Shown: in pieces, positions 25,123 through 26,581 of the stretch
Position numbering within the stretch: the stretch's first letter is position 1
How the letters are laid out: each line of letters opens with the position of its first letter
Source of the DNA: Desulfobacteraceae bacterium
GTDB taxonomy: Bacteria > Desulfobacterota > DSM-4660 > Desulfatiglandales > B25-G16
Assembly (NCBI GenBank): GCA_028572035.1
Contig: JAPVWE010000001.1
Location: 1-26,581, forward strand
Direction: 5' to 3'
DNA length: 26,581 bases
Made by a program: the position numbers and the translations under genes
Notes under the pieces: model-generated
What the model was told of the DNA's origin: nothing
Seen by the model: the letters and a program-made list of their open reading frames with translations, nothing else
Databases searched by the model: none

Positions 25123-25222
25123 GGGTTTGTCGGGTTTGTTGCCTTAATTTTAGGCACTTTAGGTCACTTTAGGCCTGCCCGTCCCGCTCTGCGGGACGAG
25201 GCGGGCGGGCACTTATAACTTT
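25123..25222. repeat. Composite repeat: 9-10-nt tandem units interrupted by a nested GC palindrome
   Basis: GGGTTTGTC-GGGTTTGTT; TTTAGGCAC-TTTAGGTCAC-TTTAGGC-[36-nt insert 25175-25210]-AC. Insert stem CCTGCC-CG-TCCCGC-TCT-GCGGGA-CG-A-GGCGGG. Confidence 0.7.
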
Positions 25223-25250
25223 TGATCCTTAATAAATGGAGACTTTGAGT

Positions 25251-25484
25251 ATGAAGAAAGACATTCATCCACCCTTTGAGAAGGCAATTGTGCATTGTGC
25301 CTGCGGTAACGAATTTGAGACCTTTTCTGCCACCAAAGAGATTAAGGTCGAGATATGTTCTCAATGTCATCCTCTCTTTACCGGGCAACAAAAGATTGTC
25401 GACTCCAGAGGACGTGTTGAGCGGTTCAGACGTAAGTACCGGAAGATCGATGAAAATAGCAGAAGTAACAAAAAGAAAAAATAA
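25251..25484 (+). CDS. rpmE: 50S ribosomal protein L31 (zinc-ribbon type)
   Basis: MKKDIHP...CACGNEF...[26 protein letters not shown] 25251 is used rather than 25236. Confidence 0.96.
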   Translation: MKKDIHPPFEKAIVHCACGNEFETFSATKEIKVEICSQCHPLFTGQQKIVDSRGRVERFRRKYRKIDENSRSNKKKK

Positions 25485-25492
25485 GAGAATAA

Positions 25493-26575
25493 TTGATTAT
25501 GTTCCCTCAAATTGAAGAGGTAGAAAGACGGCTGAATGCCTTGGAATATGAACTGAGTAAGCCGGAGGTTATTCAGCAGCAAAGCCTCTACCAGAAATAT
25601 CGAAAAGAGCATGTTAGTCTTCTACCTATTGTGGATACCTTTCGCAAGTACAGATCGACAAAAGAGAAGATCAAGGATACCCGAAGCCTCCTTAATGATC
25701 CTGACAGGGAGATGAGGGAACTCGCTCAGATAGAGATAGGCAGGTTGAAGGATACCTTGGCGAAGCTGGAACATGAGGTGGGGCTCTTGCTTGTTCCCAA
25801 GGATCCAAAGGATGAAAAGAATATTATTTTTGAAATAAGGGCAGGCACTGGTGGGGAAGAGGCAGCCCTCTTTGTCGCAGATCTCTTTAGGATGTATGGC
25901 CACTATATAGAAAAGAAAGGCTGGAAGATGGATATCCTGAGCCAGAGCCTTACGGGTCTGGGTGGTTTTAAGGAAATCATTGCCTTAGTAGAGGGGGAGA
26001 GGGTGTATAGTTGTCTAAAGCATGAGAGTGGGGTTCACAGAGTACAGAGGATACCGGAGACAGAGTCAAAGGGGCGAATACATACCTCAGCTGTTACTGT
26101 AGCAATACTACCTGAGGCAGAAGAAGTGGATGTGTCAATTGATCCGGCTGATCTCAGGATAGATGTGTATAGATCCTCAGGCCCGGGAGGCCAGGGCGTT
26201 AACACCACAGATTCAGCTGTGAGGATCACACATATTCCTACTGGATTGGTGGTCTCTTGCCAGGACGAAAGATCTCAACACAAAAACAGGGCCAAGGCCA
26301 TGAAGATCTTAAGATCTCGTCTTCTTGACCTTCAAGAGGAAGAACAACGCGCTCAGTTATCTGAGGATCGAAAGAATATGGTAGGTAAGGGAGATAGAAG
26401 CGAGAAGATAAGGACTTACAACTTTCCCCAGAGCAGGGTAACCGACCATAGAATTGGGTTGACAATCTATAGACTTGAGGAGATTCTGCACGGTGAGCTT
26501 GATCTCATCTTGCATCCCCTCCTAGCTCATTACAAGGCCGAGTCCGAGAAAGGCCAAGCAACCCAACTGTCATGA
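25493..26575 (+). CDS. prfA: Peptide chain release factor 1
   Basis: [23 protein letters not shown] (PxT), [30 protein letters not shown]. The stop overlaps an ATG at 26572 (ATGA), probably the next gene (prmC expected from gene order). Confidence 0.97.
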   Translation: MIMFPQIEEVERRLNALEYELSKPEVIQQQSLYQKYRKEHVSLLPIVDTFRKYRSTKEKIKDTRSLLNDPDREMRELAQIEIGRLKDTLAKLEHEVGLLLVPKDPKDEKNIIFEIRAGTGGEEAALFVADLFRMYGHYIEKKGWKMDILSQSLTGLGGFKEIIALVEGERVYSCLKHESGVHRVQRIPETESKGRIHTSAVTVAILPEAEEVDVSIDPADLRIDVYRSSGPGGQGVNTTDSAVRITHIPTGLVVSCQDERSQHKNRAKAMKILRSRLLDLQEEEQRAQLSEDRKNMVGKGDRSEKIRTYNFPQSRVTDHRIGLTIYRLEEILHGELDLILHPLLAHYKAESEKGQATQLS

Positions 26576-26581
26576 CCCAAA

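Noticed and set aside
2238-25222. Short tandem arrays as CRISPR or DGR components
   Set aside because: Units are 7-10 nt with no unique spacers; no cas genes, reverse transcriptase or template/variable repeat pair in the window.
26572-26581. Start of prmC (ATG overlapping the prfA TGA)
   Set aside because: Only three codons are visible; the identity rests on gene order alone.

Overview
Bacterial chromosomal window with gene content, gene order and protein types typical of Desulfobacterota (Deltaproteobacteria); the taxon is an inference. The first 5.6 kb is an accessory-like stretch: a DUF47-PiT phosphate transport pair, a SagB/ThcOx-type nitroreductase, a YbhB/YbcL (PEBP) protein, a PilZ-like protein, and decayed remnants of IS1380-like and IS1182-like transposases and of a receiver domain. 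The rest is housekeeping: fba, a stand-alone mitochondrial-EF-G1-like fusA with an uncharacterised RecA-fold ATPase, rpmB, ispG-proS-rel (minus), DUF1844-ispE-tRNA-Gln-prs-rplY-pth-hppA-carD-rluD, and rho-rpmE-prfA. The most unusual signals are non-coding. (1) Many gene junctions hold small hairpin elements: arrays of 7-9-nt tandem repeats facing their reverse complement, palindromic REP/MITE-like units, and 15-nt GC-rich micro-palindromes, one in frame inside ispE. Several overlap stop codons or start regions. (2) Two adjacent genes share a 'signal peptide + linker encoding a strong SD and a second in-frame ATG' design. (3) pth has no canonical start codon and the canonical Met position of proS reads AGG.
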